A DNA stretch of 64,000 nt. Origin: Octopus sinensis. Lineage: Eukaryota. The notes beneath the pieces are model-generated. The model saw only the letters and a program-made list of their open reading frames with translations. It was not told the origin of the DNA and made no database searches. Positions 12,901 to 26,472 of the stretch are shown piece after piece (position 1 is the stretch's first letter; the number at the start of each line of letters is the position of its first letter). The position numbers and the translations under genes were made by a program. The stretch covers positions 94,612,001 through 94,676,000 of the forward strand of contig NC_043000.1 in the NCBI RefSeq assembly GCF_006345805.1, in the 5' to 3' direction.

Positions 12901-13110
12901 TCGTTTACTCCTTTTACTCTTTTATTTGTTTCAGTCATTTGACTGCGGCCATACTGGAGTACCGCCTTTAGTCGAACGAATCAACCCCAGGACTCGTTCT
13001 TTGTAAGCCTAGTACTTATTCTATCGGTCGCTTTGTTGAACCGCTATATTACGGGGACGTAAACCCAATACCATTAAGCGATGGACAAACTCAGACACAC
13101 ACACGCACGC

Positions 13111-13187
<77 letters not shown>

Positions 13188-13343
13188 CGACAAGTTCTTT
13201 TAGGTTTCTGTCTACCAGATCCATTCACATAGCTTTGGTCGGCCCAAAGTTATAGTCGAAGACACCTGCCCAGTGTGCGACGCAGTGGAACTGAACCCGA
13301 AACCATGGAGGCATACTTCTTACCACACAGCCACGTCTGCACC
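12901..13343 (-). mobile_element. SINE family A (tRNA-type head, internal TA/TG tract, GACTGAAACAAGTAAAAGAGT-type tail)
   Basis: Collinear with copies at 21247, 49780 and 53925. Confidence 0.85.
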
Positions 13344-13370
13344 TATATGTGTATATATGTGAGTGTGTGT

Positions 13371-13431
<61 letters not shown>

Positions 13432-13903
13432 GTGTGTGTGTGTGTAAGCAAACTAGCTAGTTGTAAAACGTAAAGAATAGATCAGAGTAGTATATATGTT
13501 CAGAGCAATATATATGTTCATCGTGTAGGCGGCACCGATAACCAGCTAGCGGAAAATCTGCCTAGGGTTAAACTAGCAGTAACATATATAGTAATATATA
13601 CATAAACAAATGTAACCAAAAGGCACAAAGCTACAAAAGTATAAGAGTGGTTCACAGTCAATATTATTACTTTGGCGCAGAAGGAAGAACGGATGGGGTA
13701 AAAGCTATTACCTTTTGGTAATACATTGTTATATGTAAGAGAAAAGTCCAGGACCACCTGCGAAGAGAAGAAAAGAGACAAAAATAATTTAATGCAATCA
13801 CGAAAAAGCCTACGTGTGCTCAGTTATATATGCAATCTCTCTCTCTCATTCACACACATACGTTCGCTCTCTCTGTCTCTGTCTCACTTTCTCTTTCGTG
13901 CTT

Positions 13904-13948
<45 letters not shown>

Positions 13949-14599
13949 TATATACTTATATTTATATATATATATGAGTGTGTATGTGTGCGTGTGTGTG
14001 TATGTGTGTATGTATGTATGTATGTATGTATACGTGTATATTTTTGTATCTATGTATACATGCATAAAATACATATATATGGCTTCCTATCAAATTTCAC
14101 TTGCCAGAGAGTAATCAAAATCTGTATGTGGCATTGCCCAGCCCACGTACCCCTCGCGCTATTTTCTCTCATTATTTCTCTGCGTCTATTTAAACTTTCC
14201 GATCTCTTTTAACTATCTCCCTTTCTCCTTTTAAAAACAACCCACTTCCTGGACTAACCTACTACGTAATCAGATACAATGTATTTCTTCGAGATTCTCC
14301 TATTTTTTGCTTTTATTCTTGTCTTCCGTTTTCTCTTGATGTTTGCTTTTATTTTTTTGCCCTCTGCTTCGTCTTTTTTTTTTTGTCACTTTTTATTGTC
14401 CGGTTCTTTTTTTTTCTATTTTTCCTTTTCTTTTTCAGTTTTTCCTCTTCCTCAGAATCAAGAAATAATTTTTTCTTTATATAAGCTATGTGAGATATTT
14501 AAAATTGATATATGCATATGTGTATGTGTGTGTGTTTGTGCGAGCGTGCGTGTGTGTATGTGTGTATGCGTGTGTGCATATGTGAGCGCATATATAGTC

Positions 14600-14715
14600 T
14601 TTCACTTATTTCAGTTAGGTTAACTGTGGCTATGCTGGATCACTGCCTTTTAATCGAAGGAATCGACCCCTAGGTTTATTCTCTGTAAGCCTGGTACTTA
14701 TTCTATCGGTCTCTT
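14600..14715 (-). mobile_element. SINE family A 3' fragment
   Basis: GTAAGCCTGGTACTTATTCTATCGGTCTC block shared with family A. Confidence 0.7.
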
Positions 14716-15645
14716 ATTCTGTCACAGCGAGTTCTGATGAGAGTTCTTCTCGAGGTAATTAACTTAGTAGTCTATGTTCTAACATACCATCCACATTAAG
14801 TTGGCTATCGAAATTACCTTTTGCCATTAACACAACTTCTGTCGCCAGTATTCAAGTCAGAATATTATCAAGTTATGAAACAGGTGTTCATCCAACGTTA
14901 ACAAATACAAATATTCTTTTTGGTGTTGATATTAGACGTAGAGACACCGAAAATTGGAATGTAGTATCGAAAAACTAATAGCATCAGTAATAAACAAACA
15001 ACCAAAAAGAAATTTTACTTTCTCTTCAGATTCATTCCATTATTTTAATGTAGACTCCAAAGCAAAGATATTTTTGTAAAAGAACATTTACCTCATGTAA
15101 ATAGTTTCATTGCATAAATAATAAATGTAATAATAAATTAAAATTGAGTTTTCATTTAAAATTATTCATTATGAAATTTAACAAGAACACAAAAATGCTA
15201 GCTCAAAAATTTAATAAGAAACATTAAGATATTAAAATTTCAGATTATGATCTTTCAGGAAATTGATATATTCTTTTACAAAATTATACTTGCCTATCAT
15301 ATTTCTAATACGTTTCTTGATATTTTTCTATCCTTTCTTTTTGCTGTTTACTTTACTTAAATAATTTCTTCTGCAGTTTGTTATAGTCAAGATATAATTC
15401 GTCATAATACGTCCTTAGAACTTACGTTCGCTTTACGCCACTGCTCAATTCAGCTCGAAAATCAGCAATTATTCGACACAAAGCCTTTTTCGTGAGCCCA
15501 ATTTGAACTGAAGCCAAACCTAGCATTAAACAGTTGAAATGAGAATAACAAAACGAAATAACCCATGATATTCATACATGCATGCTGATGGCGAATTGAC
15601 TTTGCGATGAATTGTACTAACACGATGTATATCATGTGTGTGTGG

Positions 15646-15682
<37 letters not shown>

Positions 15683-15685
<3 letters not shown>

Positions 15686-16045
15686 ATGTGTGTAGCCCAG
15701 TGGCAAGAAGCTTACTTCCCAGCCACATGATTCCAGGTTCACTCCCGCTGCATGTCATCTTGGCCAAGTATCTTCAGCTATGGCCTCGGGCCTTCGAAAT
15801 CCTTGTCAGTGCATTTGGTAGACGAAAACTGAAAGAAGCCCGCGGTATATATATCTATGTGTGTGTCTTTCACCGTTGTTAGTGCATTCACGTCCCCGTA
15901 ACGTAGCGGTTCGGCAAAAGTGTCTGATAGAATAAGTATCAGGTTTCACAAAAACACTAAATACTGGGGTTGATTCATTCGACTAAAAATTCTTCAAGGC
16001 GGTGCCCCAGCATGGCCGTAGTCTAATGACTGAAACAAGTGGAAG
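15683..16045 (+). mobile_element. SINE family A
   Basis: GGTTCACTCCC B-box-like site, GGTAGACGAAAACTGAAAGAAGCCCG, and tail CAGCATGGCCGTAGTCTAATGACTGAAACAAG. Confidence 0.85.
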
Positions 16046-16239
16046 ATGAAAAATGAAAAGACGTTTGTGTGTGTGCGCGCGCGTGTGTGTTTTGCAGTAT
16101 CCCGACTGTTTTTGTCCATGGCACGAGCATTTTGCACACGACTACCTTCAAATGCTTCAATAAATCCAAATAAAGCTCTTTCTTGAACGCGCTGACAATG
16201 TGGAAAAAATAAATAACCATCAATTCCTTTCAAATGGAA

Positions 16240-16680
16240 AGAGGAATCTCCTTCACTACATGTCTATGATCTAATCACCTGTGCATGTTCCATACGTTTT
16301 CAACCACGTAGACTATTCACATTTCGGCAGGTTATGGAACTCTTCATTCAACGAAGACCACATGCAATCTACGTCTCCACATTTTTCATCTTTTAATGAC
16401 AAAATATGAACTATCGGAATTCACATACCATTAAGAAGAAGCATTTCTACCACTTCTACACATCACTTTCCTTACATAATGGAACAGTAACTATAACATC
16501 CTACATATATCTTTTGTTTTTACTTTTATTCTTTTATTTCCCTCTATACTTCTTATTTCCTTCCTTTTCCAAAATAACTCCTTATATTACACTCTACTAC
16601 TTCCCCTTATTTGACCATCTCACATCGTCTCTGATGAAGGGATATCTCTAATATCCCAGAAAAAAGATGTAAGACTATCT
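16240..16680 (+). mobile_element. Highly decayed PLE 3' end (possible GIY-YIG traces) with a hammerhead-bearing pLTR
   Basis: Fragmentary DLITC, RRLFTF, SPHF and TIGIH-like codons precede a hammerhead motif. Confidence 0.4.
16627..16675 (+). ncRNA. Type-I hammerhead ribozyme-like motif
   Basis: GTCT CTGATGA A GGGATAT CTCTA ATATCCC A GAAA AAAGATG TA AGAC: stem I of 4 bp, stem II of 7 bp, intact core, degenerate stem III. Confidence 0.65.
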
Positions 16681-17700
16681 TTCTTTTTATAAATGTCCTG
16701 AAAATTCCACACTGCCTTGTCTTTGTTCACTCATTTTATTTAACATATACATGCTCATGAAAGACCCGTATTAGACTCCTCGTTCGTATTATTATCGAAC
16801 CGAGAGTTTAAATACGGTCTTTCTATAGCTTCTACATAGCCTTACCTACCATCTTGGGTCTTCTGGATGTCAATATATATATATATAAAGAGAGATAGAT
16901 AGATATAAATATATGTAGCGAGAGAGAGAGAGAGAGGCAAATCGAAATAAAATACAAATAACCGAACAACGAAAGTCAAAAGTACGTTCACACAGAATAT
17001 ATTAGATCATAGTAATTAGATTAGATTATAGTAAATGTGGGGAAAAGGGTGAGTATATAACGTTTCAAGTATGGCTTTTCATCAGAAAAAGAAGAAAAGA
17101 CAAGTCCAGAGAAGTAAAAATGTCCAGGAAAAAAGACGTGTGTGGTTACATGGCTATACATCAAATACGGCACGCAAAGGGTCTGAACTAAAAAGCTTCC
17201 GGCTGTAAAGAAAATTTTACCACACGGTCAGACACTTACACCTATATATAATATATTTTTTTTCACTTTTAGCACCTCTCTATTCATCCATTAATCATGT
17301 TTTTATTTAATATCATTATTAGAAATACCATGTTATTCACAAAACAATACGATTACAGTTATCATCGTTGATTTTTAATATCAGTTCTTTTTCTTTGCTT
17401 TTCATTAATTGCTCTCGGTATTTTATAACATATATTTACACTTGTTATCATCAAAAACTAATTTTTTACACCCTTTGTTGTTATAATAAAAAATCGATGA
17501 GCCGAATATAACACATCGACCAATTGCTGTCAGGTATCTCGAAACTTTATAGTTAAAGAAACCATAGAATATAAATCTTATTCAACAGAGGAGTCACTAC
17601 ATAGACGCTTAAGCTTCTAGAAATAGAAATCGAATACCCTTAAACCGCACAGTTGTATTAAATGCAAAACAACATTAGACAATGTAATCTTATATATATA

Positions 17701-18217
17701 TCTATATATGTAAAAATGTAGTTGTGTGAGTGTCTGTCTCCTACGATTTAGATTCCTAACTCCTCCCACATTTTGCGGTGCAGTTTAACCAAATTCGGGT
17801 ATTTTATAGTCGTGATTAATATCGAGCCCGTCTGGCTATTAGCGCGCGTCTACGATGAGTCTACGATTTTAAAAATAATTTAACATCATTTTTTATTCCA
17901 TTTTAATGCATAATTTTTCGTGTGTCGATGGCGGCGGAGATGGCGTCCACGCTCAAACATCTGCACCTGTGTTTGCTTCTTCCCCTTCTTCCCTCCCTCG
18001 TGAAGCTGTGGGGAAGGGAGTTTAAGGAAATCAACGTCGTAATGCGTTGTCAAGGAGACCAGCGTTCTTTTAGAACAACGACTTCATGGCTTGAAGACAC
18101 CAAAACAGAAATGGCTAAGAAAGCCCGAATCGGCATCTATAAGGGAAGTAACTCTCTAAAAATGCTTATATAGTTATTTCCCTTACAAACCCGAGCAACG
18201 CCGGGCGATACTGCTAG
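17701..18217 (+). mobile_element. Non-autonomous Helitron-like element, copy 1
   Basis: A|TCTATATATGTAAAAATG...GCAACGCCGGGCGATACTGCTAG|T: TC and CTAG termini, subterminal hairpin, A|T target. Confidence 0.8.
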
Positions 18218-18695
18218 TATATGTATATATATATATATATATATAATATATTTTTTTTCACTTTTAGCACCTCTCTATTCATCCATTAATCATGTTTTTA
18301 TTTAATATCATTATTAGAAATACCATGTTATTCACAAAACAATACGATTACAGTTATCATCGTTGATTTTTAATATCAGTTCTTTTTCTTTGCTTTTCAT
18401 TAATTGCTCTCGGTATTTTATAACATATATTTACACTTGTTATCATCAAAAACTAATTTTTTACACCCTTTGTTGTTATAATAAAAAATCGATGAGCCGA
18501 ATATAACACATCGACCAATTGCTGTCAGGTATCTCGAAACTTTATAGTTAAAGAAACCATAGAATATAAATCTTATTCAACAGAGGAGTCACTACATAGA
18601 CGCTTAAGCTTCTAGAAATAGAAATCGAATACCCTTAAACCGCACAGTTGTATTAAATGCAAAACAACATTAGACAATGTAATCTTATATATATA

Positions 18696-19212
18696 TCTAT
18701 ATATGTAAAAATGTAGTTGTGTGAGTGTCTGTCTCCTACGATTTAGATTCCTAACTCCTCCCACATTTTGCGGTGCAGTTTAACCAAATTCGGGTATTTT
18801 ATAGTCGTGATTAATATCGAGCCCGTCTGGCTATTAGCGCGCGTCTACGATGAGTCTACGATTTTAAAAATAATTTAACATCATTTTTTATTCCATTTTA
18901 ATGCATAATTTTTCGTGTGTCGATGGCGGCGGAGATGGCGTCCACGCTCAAACATCTGCACCTGTGTTTGCTTCTTCCCCTTCTTCCCTCCCTCGTGAAG
19001 CTGTGGGGAAGGGAGTTTAAGGAAATCAACGTCGTAATGCGTTGTCAAGGAGACCAGCGTTCTTTTAGAACAACGACTTCATGGCTTGAAGACACCAAAA
19101 CAGAAATGGCTAAGAAAGCCCGAATCGGCATCTATAAGGGAAGTAACTCTCTAAAAATGCTTATATAGTTATTTCCCTTACAAACCCGAGCAACGCCGGG
19201 CGATACTGCTAG
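18696..19212 (+). mobile_element. Non-autonomous Helitron-like element, copy 2
   Basis: Matches 17701-18217 wherever compared. Confidence 0.8.
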
Positions 19213-19245
<33 letters not shown>

Positions 19246-19369
19246 TGTATATATTTGTCTATGTGTGTATGGTGTGTATGCATACCGTTTCAGTTTTAAT
19301 CTGAACAGAATTACAAGAGCGGTGCTTGGCATGTATCTAACTTCGATGAATGATAAATGCCATGCACAA

Positions 19370-19545
19370 AACAGAAATATCTTTATAGCGAATATTCTGC
19401 TGAGTACCACAGATTTGCTTGACAGTTACTGGTCCTTAACCACTTGAGCATACCTCTTAGTCGCTGACAATATGTGCATCTCTATTATCATGAGCAGGAG
19501 CGATGGGGAGCATCATAGACATGTGTTGGGAGGGATTCTTCTGGG
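19370..19545. repeat. Diverged fragment of the 37655-38211 element
   Basis: AATATTCTGCT..TACCACAGATTTGCTTG..GCTGAC.ATATGTGCATCTCT..GGGAGCATCATA is shared. Confidence 0.75.
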
Positions 19546-21020
19546 TTTTAATAAATGTAACAGAAAACAAAGTCTGAAGGAAATACTAGCCATGTTTCAT
19601 ACTCTATATGGGTAAGCAAATAGGAAATAACAGTTGCTACCCAAGGAGAAAAATCGGGTTACTCAGTAACATTCATTTACTGAAATAGTTCGCTTTTACC
19701 ATGGTGCCTCCCCTGATTTCAATGTACCCTGGCTTGGGTGGTTACATGCTATTTTACCCATAGCTAAGTAGCACCCACGACAAGTTCTGCTACACCGGGT
19801 CAGAGTAACTCTAAGAACAATAGTTACTAAGATGTGGTTCGATACTCCTCAAAACTCCGAACCCCGGCCTCACTAATGCTTGCAGTTTAAAGTTGTATCC
19901 AGAGTACTAGACAGATGTGTGTATGTGCGTTTTTGTGTGTGTGTTTGTGTGTGTATGCGTGTGTATAAAAAACAGAAATTTTACATATATTTCATAATTT
20001 GATTGAGATGAACAGCTGGATCACTAAAAATAAACATCCATATTTCTCTCATTAATTAATTAAGATCCATAATTAATTAATTAAAATTTGTTCCACAGGG
20101 ATATACAGTATTGTAATAACGTGTTGGGGGTTTTAAGATTTGCAATTAACTGAGCTCGTATTTACCATAATATCTGATGTTTACACATTAATTCTTGTCT
20201 TACAGTCTCTTTCTTTCCCTCCCTCAGTATATAGGTGTGTATGTGTGTGCATATATGTATGTGCGTGTATCTTATGAGTATTAACATTTTTATTTTTTGT
20301 TCTATGAAAATTAGAAATTGTATTTATTTGACTGAGATGTGTTAACATGGGAGTGATTAGGTTTCATTGAACGGGATCTTGTTTCTGTTAACTTATATTT
20401 ATAGAAGCCAATGGCAGTATGTGTGTGGATAATTTTACCGATGTGCGCGCATGGGCGAGCGCAGATCGATTGTCTGTGTAAATATGTCTGATATTCGTTT
20501 AATTGAAAAGTAAATTGAAACTGAAAAATCATATTTATTTGTTGCAGAAGTGTGCGGATAGATATGATCACATGGCAACTGATCAGCCATGAGTAATTTT
20601 TTATGAAAAGGAGGTTGACCAGTGCATCATATTTCTTATTTATATATACTATATCCCTTTCTCAGTTTTTTTGCGTTCTGATTTCCAATCTTGCAGTTGC
20701 CTATTTGAGTGTTAAATATAATACACTGCCTACATTAGCACCATCAGGCAACTTATGTGTCTTTAGCTTTTGACATTTATTCCTGTTTAAAGATACCTCC
20801 TCCCTCACTTCCTCACATTAGTCTCAGATGCCCTGTAAAGGGTCATGAACTTTGCTTTACTTCTGACTAAAAGTTAAAGTGCAAATAATATAAATAAAAA
20901 TAATATAAATGCTTTGTTTCAAGCATGTATTGGACAAAAGAAATAGCAATTAATTTTAAGCAATAACGCATGAAACGGATATTTAAGCCACATGTGTTGC
21001 ATCATGAGCAAACTTGCGTC

Positions 21021-22078
21021 TTATGGAGATATTAAATACTGGCTTCAAATTTTGGAACAAGGCCGGCAACTCCGGGGGAGAGTTAAGTCAATTAATCGAT
21101 CCCAGTATTCAGCTGGTATGCTTTTTATCGAGCCTAAGGCAAAGTCAACCTCGGCGGAATTTGAACTTAGAATGTAAAGATGGTCGAAATGCCGCTAAGC
21201 ATTTTGCCCGGCATGTTAATGATTCAGCCAGCTCGTCGCCTTATACCCTTTACTCTTTTTACTTGTTTCAGTCATTTCACTGCAGTCTTGCTGGAGCACC
21301 GCCTTTAGTCGAGCAAATCGACCCAAAGGCTTATTTTTGTAAGCCTAGTACTTATTCTATCAGTCTTCTTTTGCCGAACAGCTAGGTTACGGCAACGTAA
21401 ACACACCACCATCGGTTGTCAAGCGATGTTTGGGGGACAAACACAAACGCACAAACATATACACACACACACACACACACACACCAAATCCACTCACAAG
21501 GCCTTGGTCGGCCCGAGGCTATAGTAGAAGACACTTGCCCAAGGTGCCACGCAGTGGGACTGAACCCAGAACTATGTGGTTGGTTAGCAAGCTACTTACC
21601 AGACAGCCACTCCTGCGCCTATGGAGATATCAAATACAGGTTTCAAATTTTTACACAAGGCCAGCAACTCCAGGGGAAGGAGTAAGTCGATTACATCGAC
21701 TACAGTAATCAGATGATACTTATGTTATCAACTCCCCACCGCCACAAAGTCGACCTCGGCAGAATTTTAGCTCAAAACTCAGAGACAGACGAAATGTCGC
21801 TAAGCATTTTGCTCGATATGTTAACGATTCAGCAAGTTCGTCGCCTTATGGAGATATTAAATACTGGTTTCAAATTCTGGTGCAGGGCCAGCAATTGTGG
21901 TGGAGAGGTAAGTCGATTACATCGACCCCAGTGCTCAACTGTTGCTTATTTTATCGACCCTAAGAGAATGAAAGGCAAAAGCAACCTTGGCGGAATTTGA
22001 ACTCAGAATGGAAAGACGGACGAAATGCCGCTGAGTATTTTGCCTAGCGTATTAACGCTTCTGCCAACCTGCCGCCTT
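21021..22078 (-). mobile_element. Tandem array of three SINE family B units with a family A SINE nested in the first junction
   Basis: Units start TATGGAGATAT(T/C)AAATAC at 21021, 21620 and 21846, and each ends in CGCC(TT). The family A copy occupies 21247-21619. Confidence 0.85.
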
Positions 22079-22482
22079 ACGGTGTTCTGTATATTACTGG
22101 AATTACAAAGCTTTGTCTTGCTGATCGCTTTCAGGAGCACGTTCGAAGCACACTACAAGATACGCCAAACTAACCAATCACCAACCACTCCAACAAAAGG
22201 AACTATTCCGTTACCCATTCATATGTATGCTGTGTCTCCAAACATTATGGATACTGGAAGTAACGGAAGGAAATAGATTTTACATTCAATCTTTCAATCG
22301 TGTCACCGACGAGTTTGAATTGACGTTTATCTTCTAATCGTACTGTCAGTTCAGTAATCGTACTCCAGTCTTCATTTCACCTTTATTTTTCTCTTCACTT
22401 CATTTTCACTGGTTTCTCTTCTTTTCATTTCTCTTACCTTTAACTTCTCTCAGCCATTTTCTCTCTAAATGTCGCTGAAAAA

Positions 22483-22740
22483 CACCATGTGATGTGTCAA
22501 TTCTAGCCGGCATTAGTAACGAATCTAAATTTATATACAGTTCTAAATTTATAGACTTGAAATCAGAAGATTACGGTGAAGATTTTTATTTATTTATTTA
22601 TTTATTTATTTATTTTCTTAGGAGCGGTACAAATATTAACTTGGTAGCGATAATAGAAACGGGATTATCTTTGCTGCTACCGCTGCTAGTAGAATGTAAT
22701 GGCCGTTGAGTTACAGATTCTAGTAGTAGTAGTAGTAGTA
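22483..22740. repeat. Unclassified ~250-bp interspersed repeat (sibling at 29093-29360)
   Basis: GTGATGTGTCA.TTC...ATTAACTTGGTAGC.ATAATAGAAA.G.GATTATCTTTGCTGC is shared; both copies are followed by (AGT)n. Confidence 0.7.
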
Positions 22741-23244
22741 GCAGCAGCAGCAAGAACAGTATCACCAGCAGCATTAGCAGCGGTAGACAGAGGAGGAAGA
22801 GAATTCAATCTATTGGCCTTATTAAAGTTAAATCCCTCGCTTCTAGATTGTATAATTCAAACACTCCCAGTTAATTGAATTTTCAGGACATTACTTATGT
22901 AAAACTTTATCGTGGTAGTAACAGCAATTATAATTGTTGTTTCCACGTCAGCAACAATGATAACAAAATGTGACTTTATGATCAATAATCAAACAATAAT
23001 GAAAAAACAATTTAAAAAGAAACTGAGAGTAATTGATATTAAAACCAATATTTAGATGAAAAACATCAGTTTACTCATAATATATTCATTTGAAAAATTA
23101 TAGGAGAAAAAATATTAGCAATAATAATATACGGATATTTTTTTGTCATTTGATTCACGATTTAGCCATTAATAACAATCTAATGGGAAGGTTTTACAAT
23201 TTACAAATAACAAAAACAACAATAACAACAGAAATAACGCTTTC

Positions 23245-23960
23245 AAATTTTGGTACAATGCCAGCAATTTCTCGAGGTGGGGGTATGCCGATTACATCGA
23301 CCCCAGTGCTTGACTGGTATTTATCTATAGATCCTGAAATGATGAAAGGCAAAGTCGACCCCGGCGAAATTTGAACTAAGAACGTAAAGACGAACGAAAT
23401 ATGCTAAGCATTTTGCCCGGTGTGCTGACGATTCTTATTTCTTTATTGCACAGAAGGGGCTAAACATAGAGGGGACAAACAAAAACAGACAAGGAGACTA
23501 AATCGAATACATCGACTCCAGTGCGTAACTGGTATTTAATTTATCGATCCCAAAAGGATGAAAGGCAAAGTCGACCTCGGCGGAATTTGAACTCAGAACG
23601 TAAAGGCAGACGAAATACTGCTAAGCATTTCGCCCGGCGTATTAATGTTTTTGGCAGCTTCCTGTCTTCCCACCCTTAATTATAACTCTTTCTAATTTTG
23701 GCACAAAGCCAGAAATTTTGAACGGGGGGATAAGTAGATTGTATCGATCACAGTGTTCCACTGGTATTTATTTCATCGACTTCGAAAGAATGACAAGCAA
23801 AGCACGGCGGCATTTGAACTTAGAACATTAACATCCAGAACAAGTGTTGCATAGCATTTTTTCTGACGCTCTAAGGATTCTGCCAGCGCTGGAGGCCGAT
23901 ATAATCGATTCACCCAGTTCTCCAAAATTTCTGGCCTTGGACGAAAATTTGAAGCCATTA
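23245..23960 (-). mobile_element. Cluster of three SINE family B copies plus an inverted fragment
   Basis: GATGAAAGGCAAAGTCGACC..GGCGGAATTTGAACTCAGAACGT repeated at about 23340, 23557 and (degenerate) 23790. Confidence 0.8.
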
Positions 23961-26472
23961 TTACTAAGGAGGGAAACTAGCAAAACCATTAATACCCGCC
24001 TCATAAAATTGCTAGCTTTACACCAGAAAATAAAGCTTTCTCTTTCTGATAACGATATTGTATTGCATAACTGGTATAACAGTGAACAAAGTGTCCCTTT
24101 CATCATTAATTTATATATCCCTAAATTCTGAACTGAAATAATGGTGATGTGGTCCTCGCTTTCTATCATCTTGGAGTCGAAGGCATAAATACAAATTAAG
24201 TACTGGATCCGTTTTAAATTACTCGTATCGTTATCTCATATTTGTCTCCCGATAATACCAGCATCTAAAACAATTAACGAAATTATCGTGCATATTACCA
24301 ACCAATGCGCGTATGCGGGTAAAATATGGCTTCAAAACTCTACATGATTCACATCACTCCCAAAATAAAGAGTTTGAAAACCACAACGCCGTACAAACGT
24401 ACTTAGAACTATTACAAGTGCCATATTTAGCCAACAAATGAAACAACACCAATCATGTACATATATTGCATTAGTTCTAAAATGGCTTTTCCCGCCAACC
24501 TGATACCCTAATCTTTACTTAACAACCTACAATAGTCTATGAAATACACAAAATAACGTTCTATGCATTATAACGTTCTATGTATTACACATGTAGTACA
24601 CATGTAGTACACATGTAGCAAATTAGTAATTTTAAAAAAATGCATGACTACCTGTATATGAAACGAGTACAGTTTGTAGCCTTTGTACTCTTCACCCTTC
24701 GTAGTTCCCGACAATTAAACATGAAAAAATCCTACTTCAAACACACAAATACATATGTACTGGACCTAGGGAACTATTTTAGTTCTATGTTTCCTACTTA
24801 AGTAAAATAAGCATAAGTCAGACATGCACACTGAAATAGTTACATCATTATCCCCAAAACACTGTACTGGGGATGTACTATTAATAATAAATAACAGTTG
24901 TGCTCTCTCAGAATCTGTTGCATCTACCGCCAATCTAACAGCTATCAGTATCTTAGGCTTTCACAGTCAAGAACTGAACCATAACTTGCTCGTTTGGCCT
25001 GCTAGAAATAACACACAAATCCTACTGAGAATACACACATCTTAAAAGGCTTTGCTTGATTAATATTGATTTGGGTTTTTGACAGTAAGAACTAAAACAT
25101 CAAGAACTAAAACAACGACAGCGGACAGAGTAGGTAATGAAGAGGTATGCGTTTACATTTCCGTTTTGCAATAGAACTGCTTTCAGTCCTATATCAGGAA
25201 GGGAGGAGGAAGGGATGGGAGGGGAGGAGGGGGAGGAATAGGATTTCCTTGTGACTCGAACGATCAAACCTGTGATCAAAGACTTCAAACTGGCAATCCA
25301 GACAGTGCATAAAGTACTTACTACATTACACAATGCGTCATTCTATTTACGTTACGATTTTAATATTTGGTAGCTACTTCCAGCAGATCAGCTAGTGTAA
25401 GCTTTGAGAGACTCTCTCGTTGAATTCTTTATTTCTAGCAGTTAAAAGTTCCCTACAAATATGACCATCTTAAAATCATCCCCATTCTTTCATAACAAAA
25501 TGTCTGAAGTGTGTTTTTTAGCTACATCTTAAGCCGTTGTTAGTTCTTATACTAAATGCCACAATTTCTTTTATGAAACAAACTAAATAGTCGTATTTTT
25601 ACTTCAGAATCTTTACTGACAGATCATTTAGCTCTTTTTATTCATACAAACTGAAGCATTAATTTGTTAAACTGTCTAAATACCTCTTTAGCATTTGTTT
25701 TCTCTCAAAATAAAGCAAGATTTCGTGTGATAAAAGTATTTATTTTAAGCTATTCGTCGAATCTTTTGCAAAACCAAAATGTCTAATACCACGTTCTATT
25801 GAAGTTCGACACGTTACAGACTCTATAAATTGTATAGAAACATTTCCTCTTGATTTCTCACAAACTGTCCTAATGTGATTCTTTGAATTTAGCTCTATTT
25901 TATTCGGTGTTCTTAAATTTATTTTAATTCATGTAATTACTTTTATTTTATGTCATGAATAGTGCTCTCATCTAGTCATCAAACGATAAATGGATTATAT
26001 TTCAATGTTTGTCTACAATGAAGTGGTCGGCAGTATGTATCATGCTACCGACACCGAGTAAGTCGATAGTCAATACATTCAACTTTGAAACTGTCTAGTC
26101 CACATAGACATTAATAAATGACACAGGAAGGAACAAATTTCATACTTTAACCAGTATAAGTGCAACTAAAGTGACGAGATATCCGCTTGCCTGAATTATT
26201 ACACTGCTTATGTGAGTATATCTTTGACAATGGTGCAATAGATTCCACAATTACAAAGCTAACATTGATTAAATACACTTCAGGAAGAAAAATTCTTCAG
26301 CAGTTAGGGAATTCACCATATTTCTGTCGAAATCCCTGATTGATTAAACATTATTTATGTAGGTAATACAGTTCCATATTATTTATCTAGCTCCCTGATA
26401 ATTTTTTCAGTTTCCAACAACTAATTTACTATTTTGTCGTCATTTGTCATGGGTTAACTAAATTTCAACACA

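Larger units (their letters stand above)
17243..19232. repeat. Tandem duplication with a 995-bp unit
   Basis: 17243-18237 is repeated at 18238-19232; identical ORFs at 17922 and 18917. The junction lies in (TA)n. Confidence 0.95.

Noticed and set aside
17922-19168. Identical 83-aa ORF pair (MSMAAEMAST...)
   Set aside because: It lies inside the duplicated non-autonomous Helitron and has no recognisable motif.
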